NCBI GenBank assembly: GCA_965224345.1
Contig: CBDCYU010000003.1
Span: forward strand, 343,936-407,935
Direction of reading: 5' to 3'
Origin: Dehalococcoidia bacterium
GTDB taxonomy: Bacteria; Chloroflexota; Dehalococcoidia; Lucifugimonadales; CBDCYU01
Length of the DNA: 64,000 bases
In this document: positions 38,800 through 47,421 of the stretch, piece by piece
Layout of the letters: each line of letters starts with the position of its first letter
How positions within the stretch are numbered: the stretch's first letter is position 1
Translations under genes and position numbers: made by a program
Notes under the pieces: generated by a model
Seen by the model: the letters and a program-made list of their open reading frames with translations, nothing else
What the model was told of the DNA's origin: nothing
Databases searched by the model: none

Positions 38800-38879
38800 C
38801 CGTAGCCCGCGGCCTCGTGCTCTCACGTCACCTCATCCTGGCGACGCGAGCCCGCATCTAGCGGGGACCCGAGGATCTT

Positions 38880-38967
38880 TCACGGTTTCTTCACAGAAAA
38901 GGGGTTGTTCTTCACGGCCATTTCACACGGCCCGCCTACAATGTGCAGTATCACAGGTCACAGGAGG
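38880..38967 (+). promoter_or_regulatory. Promoter copy 2 with phased TCAC repeats, -10 and RBS
   Basis: TCAC at 38880, 38891, 38912 and 38923 (11/21/11); TACAAT at 38937-38942; AGGAGG before ATG 38974. Confidence 0.7.
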
Positions 38968-38973
38968 TGCAAG

Positions 38974-39544
38974 ATGGTTAAGCGATTGATGGCAGTGGCT
39001 ATCGTTGCTGTGGTGGCAGCGGTGGCGACTGTGGCCTCAGACCCTACACCAGTTGCGGCGGACCCCGGTGAGGACGGCACTGACGCTATGCTCGTCGTTT
39101 CGACTGACGGTGCAACGGGAGCTAGCACAATACGGGCGGATGCTCGGATTAACCCCGTGGGGTTGCCGTCTCGAACGCGATAACCCGCACGAGTCGCGCA
39201 TTAAGCCCGGGCCTGGGAATGCTCAGGCGAAAGCGAGAATTGAGTGTGATGAGGCGCCACCCACTCATGTCGCCAGCATTTGGCAGGAACTGTCAAGACA
39301 GGAAGGCTCGGATTTCACCATTGAGAGGAGAAAGACGAGTTACTGCCCGTCCGGGGTCGGTGAGCCTGACTGTTATCCTACTCTGGATGACGGTGTACTC
39401 ATGAGGGCATACATCAATGCTCCATGTGAAGTCGGCACTAGGAAATGGTATGTTCAACTCGCCCACGCGAAGCTGACCGTCGACGGTGTCACCTATGAGC
39501 GGCTTATTGGTCGGGGAGGGTATGTAGATTGCAGAGGCTCGTAG
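38974..39544 (+). pseudogene. Secreted Cys-containing protein A3 with a +1 frameshift in a G run near 39160
   Basis: Signal-like MVKRLMAVAIVAVVAAVATVA; continues in another frame as GCRLERDNPHESRIKPG...VDGVTY...VDCRGS*. Confidence 0.82.
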
Positions 39545-39562
39545 AAGGAACCGAGTAGTCCG

Positions 39563-40462
39563 ATGGCTGATACTGACACACGAGTTGACCATCTTCTGAG
39601 CTCCATCGTCGGTTGTGCCTTCGTGGTCGCCCTCGACGAGACCGGCCTCACGCCGGACGACGTGGCAGACCCGAAGGCCGCCCTGCGGGTCACCGCCGCG
39701 TGCGTCGAATTCGTGTCGATGTACCGCTCCGGCTATGACTTGGTCGCGCCCGGGGTGCTGGCTCTCGCGAGGGAGAAGGCGGCCCAGGCCCGCGCGTTGA
39801 TCGAACACCCCGATACCGCATGGTGGTTCGACGACGTAGACCCGCACGCCCAGGCCTGGCTCTCCATACACGGGACTCTGGACGAGTTCATCTACGGCAC
39901 GCCGCCGGATACGATGGCGTGGTGTCGACCGGGAAACCCATCGAGGCCCTGGGAGTGCTACGCGCAGAAGCCCTACGGAAACCAGAGCACGTCGACCCTG
40001 CGCGGTCCTTACCTAACGTCCGAGCTTGTAGCCTACGATAAACGGGTGGGGGACTACCTGTGCCAGTTTCCGCTGGCGTGGTGGTCTATGCGCTTCCTCG
40101 AAGACCTGCGCGTGTTCGAGGTTCACGGTCCCTGGGACTGGCATGACCTGTGCGTCAGGTATCCGGCAAGAGGTACTGAGGACGACCGCCTGGTGCCGAA
40201 CTGGGGAGCCGTGTCGGAGGAGTGGGACGGCGTCCACCTGAGCTTCGGTGGGCTGCTGACCGCCGAGCAGAACCGGTACGAGTCACCCGCCGGATGGACT
40301 ATGCTGGATGCGTGGCACGCTGAGCAGACCCATTGGCTGCGCGCGCTGAAGACCGAAACGAGGCGTCAACCGGACTTCGACAGGGGGCTGGGGCCTCCCG
40401 GCATCCGTGGACTGCGTTTTCCTGACTTTGGCGAGGGACGCGGGACGCTGCTGCGCAGCTGA
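39563..40462 (+). CDS. Hypothetical cytoplasmic protein B3 (PNW..V...DGVHL family), intact
   Basis: 299-aa ORF, paralog of B1/B2, 18 bp after the A3 stop. Confidence 0.85.
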   Translation: MADTDTRVDHLLSSIVGCAFVVALDETGLTPDDVADPKAALRVTAACVEFVSMYRSGYDLVAPGVLALAREKAAQARALIEHPDTAWWFDDVDPHAQAWLSIHGTLDEFIYGTPPDTMAWCRPGNPSRPWECYAQKPYGNQSTSTLRGPYLTSELVAYDKRVGDYLCQFPLAWWSMRFLEDLRVFEVHGPWDWHDLCVRYPARGTEDDRLVPNWGAVSEEWDGVHLSFGGLLTAEQNRYESPAGWTMLDAWHAEQTHWLRALKTETRRQPDFDRGLGPPGIRGLRFPDFGEGRGTLLRS

Positions 40463-40641
40463 CCGGAGCCCACGGCCTCGTGCTCATGACGTCGTGGCCC
40501 GGATATCGGCCCTTGGCGAGTACCCTAACGGACTCGTCAGGGGCTCATCAGGCCACCCCAATCCACCGTCAAGGACGTAGACCTTCATTGTCGGCCCTTC
40601 AAGCCGACAGCAAGCAGATTCCTCAAAGGAGATACATAATC

Positions 40642-41070
40642 ATGACCGCAAGAAACAGTGGTGGACTTTTGGGTGCAGTGCTGATCTGGTTTCTCCTAGC
40701 GGCGTGTTCCTCCCATGGCGACCACGTTCAAACGCATTCCTCAGACCAAGGGAACAGGGAGAGGACCCTGGTGTACCTCGCGGAAAACTTCCCCACACGG
40801 GACCAGATGCTAAGTGTACGCGAGTGTGTGACTGAGAGGACCGAGTATGAGTTCTCCGAGCTGCCCGCTGATTTTGGGCCTGAGTACCTGACGAAGACGC
40901 CGCCCAAAGATGATCCTAGACCTCCAAACGAGGTGTACGACACCCACGTTGACTGCGCCTTCGATCTTGGTCTTGAAGACAGGTTCTTCCCACCGTGGGA
41001 TCACGAGGCACTCCGTGACGATGAGGCGTTCGGGGCCAGTAGGACGGTGAGTAGGACTTGGAGCCAGTAG
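40642..41070 (+). CDS. Putative lipoprotein
   Basis: AAGGAG RBS; MTARNSGGLLGAVLIWFLLAA-C lipobox; two further Cys residues. Confidence 0.72.
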   Translation: MTARNSGGLLGAVLIWFLLAACSSHGDHVQTHSSDQGNRERTLVYLAENFPTRDQMLSVRECVTERTEYEFSELPADFGPEYLTKTPPKDDPRPPNEVYDTHVDCAFDLGLEDRFFPPWDHEALRDDEAFGASRTVSRTWSQ

Positions 41071-41079
41071 GAGTAGAAG

Positions 41080-41778
41080 ATGAACCATACACAGACCGCA
41101 AGGCCCGCCCTTACGGGGCGGGGGCTGGTCCAGAGCTTCGGCGAGCGGCGAGTCCTGAGCAGCGTCGATCTGGAGCTCCACCATGGGGAGGTTCTCGCCG
41201 TGGTCGGAGTGAGCGGATCGGGGAAATCGACCCTGCTCTACGCCCTCGCCGGTCTCCGGCAGCCGGAGTCGGGTATGGTCGCGTGGGGTGACCGTCCCGA
41301 CATCTGGAGATTGGGCGAGCCGGAGACCACCCTCGTCCGTCGAGCGACATGCGGGTTCGTCTTCCAGTTCCCGGCGTTCCTGGACGACCTCTCCGTTGCC
41401 GCCAACGTCGCTGTCCCGCTCGTCGTATCGGGAGTCAAGCCGCGCGATGCCAGGGAGCGAGCGCATGAGCTGCTCGACCGATTCGGTCTCGGCTCGTTGA
41501 CGGAGGAGTATCCGTCGACGCTTTCGGGCGGGGAGCAGCAGCGCGCGTCGATAGCCCGGGCCTTGACGATGAAGCCTGTCATCGTGTTCTGCGATGAGCC
41601 GACCGGTGCGCTGGATGAGAAAAACTCCGAGTTGGTGGTCGGCGAGTTGCGAGGGGTCGCCGAAGAGCTCGGCGTCGGTGTGCTGATCGTCACCCATGAT
41701 CCCCTGGTGTCGGCTGCGTGTGACCGTGTGCTCCGGTTGGACCAAGGAATACTGATTGAGGAGCGTGCGGCGCCATGA
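41080..41778 (+). CDS. ABC transporter ATP-binding protein (LolD/MacB type)
   Basis: GVSGSGKSTL, GFVFQF, LSGGEQQR, FCDEPTGALD, VTHD. Confidence 0.94.
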   Translation: MNHTQTARPALTGRGLVQSFGERRVLSSVDLELHHGEVLAVVGVSGSGKSTLLYALAGLRQPESGMVAWGDRPDIWRLGEPETTLVRRATCGFVFQFPAFLDDLSVAANVAVPLVVSGVKPRDARERAHELLDRFGLGSLTEEYPSTLSGGEQQRASIARALTMKPVIVFCDEPTGALDEKNSELVVGELRGVAEELGVGVLIVTHDPLVSAACDRVLRLDQGILIEERAAP

Positions 41779-42569
41779 TGCTGTTCTTTCGGTTCATCTG
41801 GCCCCGTTCGTGGCGGTCGTTCACCGCGTGGACTCCGCTGATAGCGGTCGGTATCATCGCATGCGTTGGGCTTTCGTTGGCGATGGGATTCCGATCGGGA
41901 TTGCTGGCCCAACATGACGCAGCCATGTTACGGGACGGGTATAGAGGCTTTCCGCCTAGGACTCAGCCGGTCGATGGACCCCTGCGGTCATCCAGCGTGG
42001 TTGCCAGCGGCTATGGGCCTTTGGTGGTTACGGTCTTCTGGGGAGAAGCGGGACAGCGGCTTGATCTTCCTGGTATTCCCCAAGTCGACGCGAGCGGGAC
42101 CGTCCTAGCCTCCCCGGCAGTGCTCGCTCAGCTTGAGGATGACTAGACGGGCGAGGTAGGAGCCTGGCTGGGCGACCGGCCGGTCCGCGCACTTCCCGAG
42201 GCAGCGCTGTCCCACCCGCGCGAGATGGTGATCGTAGAGTTCACCGATACTGTCCCACCGGATCAAGAGGCGAAGTTCCATCCGATTCGCGGGGGTGGGG
42301 GTCAGTCGCCTGATACCAGCTTCGTCGTGATTGGGCTTCTCGTACTCGTGCTCCCATCGGTGGCGCTGGCGAGAGCCGGAGCTGCCATGCACCTCAACAC
42401 GAGGTCTCGTCGGTACGGACTGTTGAGGGTCTTGGGCGCTCCACCCAAACAGTTGGCCATAGTAATCGCGGCAGACATGGCGATTCCCATGTTGACGGGT
42501 GCGCTGGTGGGTTCGGTCGCCTACGTGGCCGTCATGTCGTCCTTGGGATCATTCAACCTTGCAGTGTAG
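41775..42569 (+). pseudogene. FtsX-like permease, with a premature stop and 3' truncation
   Basis: ATGA overlap with the ATPase; in-frame TAG at 42144-42146; frame resumes to RSRRYGLLRVLGA (FtsX motif) and ends early. Confidence 0.78.
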
Positions 42570-42643
42570 ACTATCAGTGTACCCAAACTGGCCACATTCC
42601 CTCGCTAACGCATTGGGAGTGTCACGGTACACGGGGTTAACCG

Positions 42644-42997
42644 ATGACTACGCTAATTACCGCACTGATAACGCTTGCTACGTTAGCTTCCCTTGCATTC
42701 AGTCTTCTGTTTGCGTTTGGGGATGGAGACACCCTTTTCTGGAGGGCTTATCCTGGTGGCGCGGGTGCGATAGGAGGCGTGGCTGGCGTTGTGGTCCTGT
42801 GGAGCCGGAGACGGCGGAGGCCAACCCCGATCTGGGGGATCGCCCTGGCGGTGTGCTATCTTGTCCTTTCTTATTTTCCGGTTCTGGCTACCGTTGTGGT
42901 TACATACTATGGGATACCTTCCGTGATCCTGATGATCGGGGCACTGATGCGGAACAGCCATCCAAACGATTCGAAAACCATCAGATGGAAGGGATAG
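42644..42997 (+). CDS. Small multi-pass membrane protein
   Basis: 117 aa with about four hydrophobic segments and an SRRRRR loop. Confidence 0.6.
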   Translation: MTTLITALITLATLASLAFSLLFAFGDGDTLFWRAYPGGAGAIGGVAGVVVLWSRRRRRPTPIWGIALAVCYLVLSYFPVLATVVVTYYGIPSVILMIGALMRNSHPNDSKTIRWKG

Positions 42998-43028
42998 GTT
43001 ACCCTCCCCCCAGCTCCACAGATGGAGG

Positions 43029-44441
43029 ATGGAGATGAGTTACCTCGCACCCATCAGGGCGATAGCCTACTCGGTCATATTGGCGGCGCTGGCGCTGGCG
43101 GCAGGGACGGCAGCGTGCACGTCGTCCAAGGCGGCGCCGCCTTCTTCGTCCGCCTCTACCGGGTTCGAGGAGGTCCTCGATGCGGGCGAGCTTGCGAAGT
43201 TCCGAGACCTCCCAGCCGAGTTCCAGGATGCCCTGCTGGAGGAGTCTGAAAAGAGCCCCGCCACTGCTCGGCAGTATCTGCGGGACCTGCCGGAAGAGGT
43301 CTCACCCATGGCGGAGATACTGCCCCCCGAGGCGTTGAGCAAGTTCGAGGAGCTGAGCCCCAGGCTCCGGCACGCAGTGCTGCTCGGGTACGACGAAGCC
43401 TTTAAGGACAGGCCAGGGCAGGACCCCGCGAAGACCGTGGCCCCCTCGAACATCCTCGCGGGAATGGTCGATCTTGCCCACACGATGGAGTTTGGAGACG
43501 GCAAGGTGTTCCTGCCGCCGATGGCCGAGACCCTCTCGCAAGAGACCCTCGCCAGGCTCGATTCCGTAGACGACCGGATGGAGCGGGCGTTCCATCTCAT
43601 CTGGGACAACAGGAGGGTGCGTCCCGAAGAGGTCGAGGGCGCAGTGCGGGGGCTGGAAGAGGCGCTGCTTGCCGCGCCAGACGCGTTGCCCGATACCGCG
43701 GGAATCGGCCTCTCTGCATACTCGATGGGGCTGATCGAGGAGGTCCCCCCAGCGAAGAGGTTCGTCGACGAGTGGCTGGCCGCCGAGATCGTCCAGGACC
43801 TGGGCTGGCGCTCCAACGCCGTCCAGTCCATCGACCGCCTCCTGGTCCAGTACCGCACCCCCGAGGATCGTGACGCCCTTGCGCGTCTCTACCTGCCCCT
43901 GGGCTCCGGGATACGCCCCATCGCCTGCGAGCTGGGCCCCAGGGACGGCGTCTGGCCCACGTGGGCTCTTCCGGCTCCCTTTCAGGACGCGCCGCCCAAC
44001 AGCCTCGTGGCCTCATGGCCCAACCACAGGGAAACCCTCTCCCCGGAGGCGTTGACCAAGCTCGACTCCCTCGACGCCCGGCTCCGGGAGACGTTCGATC
44101 TCTACTGGTACGGTACGGGCCCTCTCCCGATGGAAGCTGGGCTGATGGCCTGCCTGGCGCTGATGTGGGACGCCAGGCTGCGGCACGTCCCCTTCACGGC
44201 GCCGCCGCCCCTTGACTCCTTCCTATCGGACGAGGCTCTGGTCGAGTACGACAAGCTCTCCGAGGAGGAACGGGACATCATCAGATCCGAGCTAATGCGC
44301 GCCATACTAGAGGGGGAGGCTGCAGGGCCAACGTCGGTTGTGTATCTCCACACCGCCACCACCGAGGAGTCCCTCGAGGCCCTCGGCGCATTGGTCGAGT
44401 CCTTGATCCGCGGTATCACCGCCCGCCCAACGGACCGGTAG
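43029..44441 (+). CDS. Putative lipoprotein with five dispersed helical repeats
   Basis: Hydrophobic leader ending GTAA-C; repeats of E.L..E.L.K(F/L)..L... Confidence 0.78.
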   Translation: MEMSYLAPIRAIAYSVILAALALAAGTAACTSSKAAPPSSSASTGFEEVLDAGELAKFRDLPAEFQDALLEESEKSPATARQYLRDLPEEVSPMAEILPPEALSKFEELSPRLRHAVLLGYDEAFKDRPGQDPAKTVAPSNILAGMVDLAHTMEFGDGKVFLPPMAETLSQETLARLDSVDDRMERAFHLIWDNRRVRPEEVEGAVRGLEEALLAAPDALPDTAGIGLSAYSMGLIEEVPPAKRFVDEWLAAEIVQDLGWRSNAVQSIDRLLVQYRTPEDRDALARLYLPLGSGIRPIACELGPRDGVWPTWALPAPFQDAPPNSLVASWPNHRETLSPEALTKLDSLDARLRETFDLYWYGTGPLPMEAGLMACLALMWDARLRHVPFTAPPPLDSFLSDEALVEYDKLSEEERDIIRSELMRAILEGEAAGPTSVVYLHTATTEESLEALGALVESLIRGITARPTDR

Positions 44442-44481
44442 GTGGCACATCACAAGACAACACGCTCCGCTGCAATTCGTG

Positions 44482-44511
44482 TTGACACCGGGACTGCCCC
44501 GATGCTAGGAT
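44482..44511 (+). promoter_or_regulatory. Putative promoter of the isoprenoid cluster
   Basis: TTGACA (44482-44487), 18-bp spacer, TGc-TAGGAT (44506-44511). Confidence 0.5.
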
Positions 44512-44656
44512 TCCATCGTATTCCGATGTAGTGTTTTCGCGACCATCTTGCATCCCGTCTGACCGATGTTACAGCCCTCCAACCCACATTGCGACTGCGG
44601 CGCCATATACTGAGACATCCCCCAGCAGGGCGGCTGGAGAGACTCGTTTGGCAACA

Positions 44657-45733
44657 ATGGGCCCCACACTCGACAACACGTCCTCGTTGTCGGTTGACGC
44701 TCCGGCGATTTCGATGCCAGGGATGTTCGCCAGCTACCGCTCCGAACTCGGCAGGGCGATGCGGCGCTACCTCTCGGACGACCACGTCGCCGTCTACGAC
44801 ATGCTGCGCTACTACCTCGGCTGGGTCGACACGGACGGCAACCCATGTCTTGCCACCGAGGGGAAGGCGCTGCGGCCCACCCTGTGCCTGTTCGCCTGCG
44901 AGGCGACAGGAGGGTCGATCGGCCAGGCGATGCCGGCCGCCGTGGCCCTCGAGCTAATCCACAACTTCTCCCTGATCCACGACGATATCCAGGACGGCGA
45001 CGAGACGCGACACCATCGCCCCACGCTGTGGGCTGTCTGGGACGTGCCCAAGGCGCTGACCGCCGGCAACGTCCTCAGAGTGGTGGCCGATAGGTCCCTA
45101 GACCAGCTCGTGGACCGGGGTATGGACCATGCTCGCGCCCTGGACGTCGTTTGCCTCCTCACCGAGGCGTACCTGGAGATGATCGAAGGACAGTACCTGG
45201 ACATCTCCTATGAAGGACGCCACGACATCGGGATGCGGGAGTACTTCGACATGATAGCGAGGAAGACCGGCGCCCTGATTCGCTGCTCCCTCAACCTGGG
45301 GGCCCTGATCGGCAGCGGCGACCCGGCCGCCGTGGACGCCTTTCGCAGCTTCGGGCGCTCCTTGGGATACGTCTTCCAGATCCAGGACGACGTCCTGGGC
45401 GTGTGGGGAGACCAGCAGTCCACGGGCAAACCGGTGGGCGCGGACATCACGCGGAAGAAGAGCTCCCTGCCGGTGGTACACGCCATGTCCGAGTCGGAGG
45501 GCAGCGCCCACCGGCTGCTGGTGGACATCTACCGGAAAGAGAGCCTGGACGAAGGCGACGTCGCCGACGTCCTGGAGATAATGGACGGCGTACGGACGCG
45601 CGAGTACGCCCTCCGGTTGGCCGCCCAGCACTGCGAGGTTGGCATGGAGGCCCTGTCGGCCATCGAGCTGGAGCCCGAGGCGCGGCGGGAGGCCGAAGAG
45701 CTGGCCCACTTCCTCCTCGTTAGGCAGCACTAG
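44657..45733 (+). CDS. Polyprenyl diphosphate (FPP/GGPP) synthase; start uncertain
   Basis: GKALRP, ELIHNFSLIHDDIQD, RHHRPT, EGQYLD, KTGAL, FQIQDDVLG, GKPVGAD. Confidence 0.95.
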   Translation: MGPTLDNTSSLSVDAPAISMPGMFASYRSELGRAMRRYLSDDHVAVYDMLRYYLGWVDTDGNPCLATEGKALRPTLCLFACEATGGSIGQAMPAAVALELIHNFSLIHDDIQDGDETRHHRPTLWAVWDVPKALTAGNVLRVVADRSLDQLVDRGMDHARALDVVCLLTEAYLEMIEGQYLDISYEGRHDIGMREYFDMIARKTGALIRCSLNLGALIGSGDPAAVDAFRSFGRSLGYVFQIQDDVLGVWGDQQSTGKPVGADITRKKSSLPVVHAMSESEGSAHRLLVDIYRKESLDEGDVADVLEIMDGVRTREYALRLAAQHCEVGMEALSAIELEPEARREAEELAHFLLVRQH

Positions 45734-46016
45734 GGCCGGACCGACGTGCTCCCGTCGACGACGGATACCAGGGCCCGGAGCTTCCTGCGGGCTTCATGAT
45801 CAAGTAGAACATGTATCGTAACTACTGGCCGCTGACGGCCCTTGGCCGTTATCGCGCCGGCCTATCGGCCGCCGCGTCGGAGGTCTCCCTGGTCGGTGCG
45901 GCCTCTGGAGCGTCCCAGTGTCATTGACCCAGAGCTCGAAGCGGAATTGAAAAGGGTGCCGTACCTATGGTACTGTTCGTATCGTCACCCCGTGGTGGCG
46001 ATGGAAAGGTCCGTCA

Positions 46017-46490
46017 ATGAGAGTAATCGAGGCGTCTTACAAGACCTGTCTGTTCAAATTGAACGTGAATTCGACAACGGCCCCCGAGTTCATCGACATC
46101 ACCGACCGGATCGCAGAGTTCGTGAGAGAGTCCCAGGTGCATAACGGCTCCGCGCTGGTCTTCTCCAAGCATACGACGGCCGCCATCACCATCCAGGAGA
46201 ACGAGCCACTTCTGATTACGGACTTGACCAACACGCTGGAGCGCTTGGCCCCGCGAAACGCCCACTACCGTCACAACGACTTCGAGGTGAGAACGGTGCA
46301 CATGCACGAAGACGAGTGCCCCAACGGCCACTCCCACTGCCAGCACCTGACCTTGGGCGCCAGCGAGACGGTCCCGATAGTCGACGGCCAGCTCGCCCTG
46401 GGCGAGTGGCAGCGGCTGTTCATGGTGGAGCTGGACAGCGACAGCCCATCGCCCTACAGAGAGGTCCTCGTCCAGATCATGGGGGTGTGA
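46017..46490 (+). CDS. yjbQ: YjbQ (UPF0047) family protein
   Basis: FIDITD, HTTAAITIQENE, YRHND, NGHSH, LGEWQRLFMVELD. Confidence 0.92.
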   Translation: MRVIEASYKTCLFKLNVNSTTAPEFIDITDRIAEFVRESQVHNGSALVFSKHTTAAITIQENEPLLITDLTNTLERLAPRNAHYRHNDFEVRTVHMHEDECPNGHSHCQHLTLGASETVPIVDGQLALGEWQRLFMVELDSDSPSPYREVLVQIMGV

Positions 46491-47407
46491 GCAGGGCCGT
46501 GGATGCTCTGCTCGACGCCTCATCCCTCTGCACCGTCCAAGAGAGTTACGCCCTCTGCAGGGCGCTGGCAAAGACCCACTACGAGAACTTCACCGTGGGC
46601 TCTTGGCTGCTTCCCAAGGCCACCCGGAAGCACTTCTACGCCATCTACGCCTTCTGCAGGTTCGTAGACGACCTCGGCGACGAGCTCCGGGGCGATCGGA
46701 TGCGAGCCCTCGACTTCTGGCAGAGTGAGGTTGACCTGTGCTACGACGGCGCCCCCACTCACCCCTACACGATTGCGCTGCGGGAGACCATAGGCGCCTT
46801 CGACATACCCCGCGACCCCTTCGACAAGCTCATCGAGGCCAATCGGATGGACCAGTCTGTCTCCCGATATCGGAGCTACGACGATCTGGACTTCTACTGC
46901 CAGCACTCGGCCAACCCGGTCGGGCGCCTGGTCCTGTACGTATGCGGGTACCGGGACCTGGAGCGCCAGCGCCTCTCGGACCTCACGTGTACCGCGCTGC
47001 AGCTGGCCAACTTCTGGCAGGACGTGGCCAGGGACCACGCCTTGGGGCGGATATACATCCCCCAGGAGGATATGGAGCGCTTCGGCTACTCGGAGCGGGA
47101 GCTGGCTCGCGGTGAGGTTACCGACGCCTTCCGGGAGCTGATGGCCTTCGAGGTCCAACGGACCAGAGAGCTGTTCCACACCGGCACGGCCCTCGTCGAC
47201 ATGCTGGACCGCAGGCTGAAGCTGGACATCGCCCTCTTCACCCTGGGGGGGATGAGGGTCCTGGACGCTATCGAAGGCCAGCGCTTCGACGTTCTCAGCC
47301 GTCGACCGGAGGTGTCCAAGGCCGCTAAGCTCCGCCTCATGGCGGAGGCCTTCGCGAAGCTGTGGCTTCTGGGCGGACTGCGGCCTCCACGCCGTAGGCG
47401 GCCCTGA
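46487..47407 (+). CDS. hpnC: Squalene synthesis protein HpnC
   Basis: HYENFTVGSWLLP, IYAFCRFVDDLGDE, YCQHSANPVGRLVL, CTALQLANFWQDV. Confidence 0.93.
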   Translation: MSRAVDALLDASSLCTVQESYALCRALAKTHYENFTVGSWLLPKATRKHFYAIYAFCRFVDDLGDELRGDRMRALDFWQSEVDLCYDGAPTHPYTIALRETIGAFDIPRDPFDKLIEANRMDQSVSRYRSYDDLDFYCQHSANPVGRLVLYVCGYRDLERQRLSDLTCTALQLANFWQDVARDHALGRIYIPQEDMERFGYSERELARGEVTDAFRELMAFEVQRTRELFHTGTALVDMLDRRLKLDIALFTLGGMRVLDAIEGQRFDVLSRRPEVSKAAKLRLMAEAFAKLWLLGGLRPPRRRRP

Positions 47408-47421
47408 CGGGAACGACCTCG

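Larger units (their letters stand above)
37745..40492 (+). repeat. Direct repeat pair of about 1.08 kb (37745-38829 and 39413-40492)
   Basis: Colinear A-tail, spacer, B gene and downstream GCTGACCGnAGCCCnCGGCCTCGTGCTC in both copies. Confidence 0.9.

Noticed and set aside
37745-39544. A2/A3 tails as a template/variable repeat pair of a diversity-generating retroelement
   Set aside because: There is no reverse transcriptase in the window, the differences are not adenine-restricted, and the homology extends through the whole B gene.
44512-44656. Riboswitch (TPP-like CTGAGA) in the isoprenoid cluster leader
   Set aside because: The remaining TPP core motifs are not recognisable; an Infernal/Rfam scan would be needed.
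45842-46144. 100-aa ORF upstream of yjbQ
   Set aside because: It overlaps yjbQ out of frame and has no recognisable motif or RBS.
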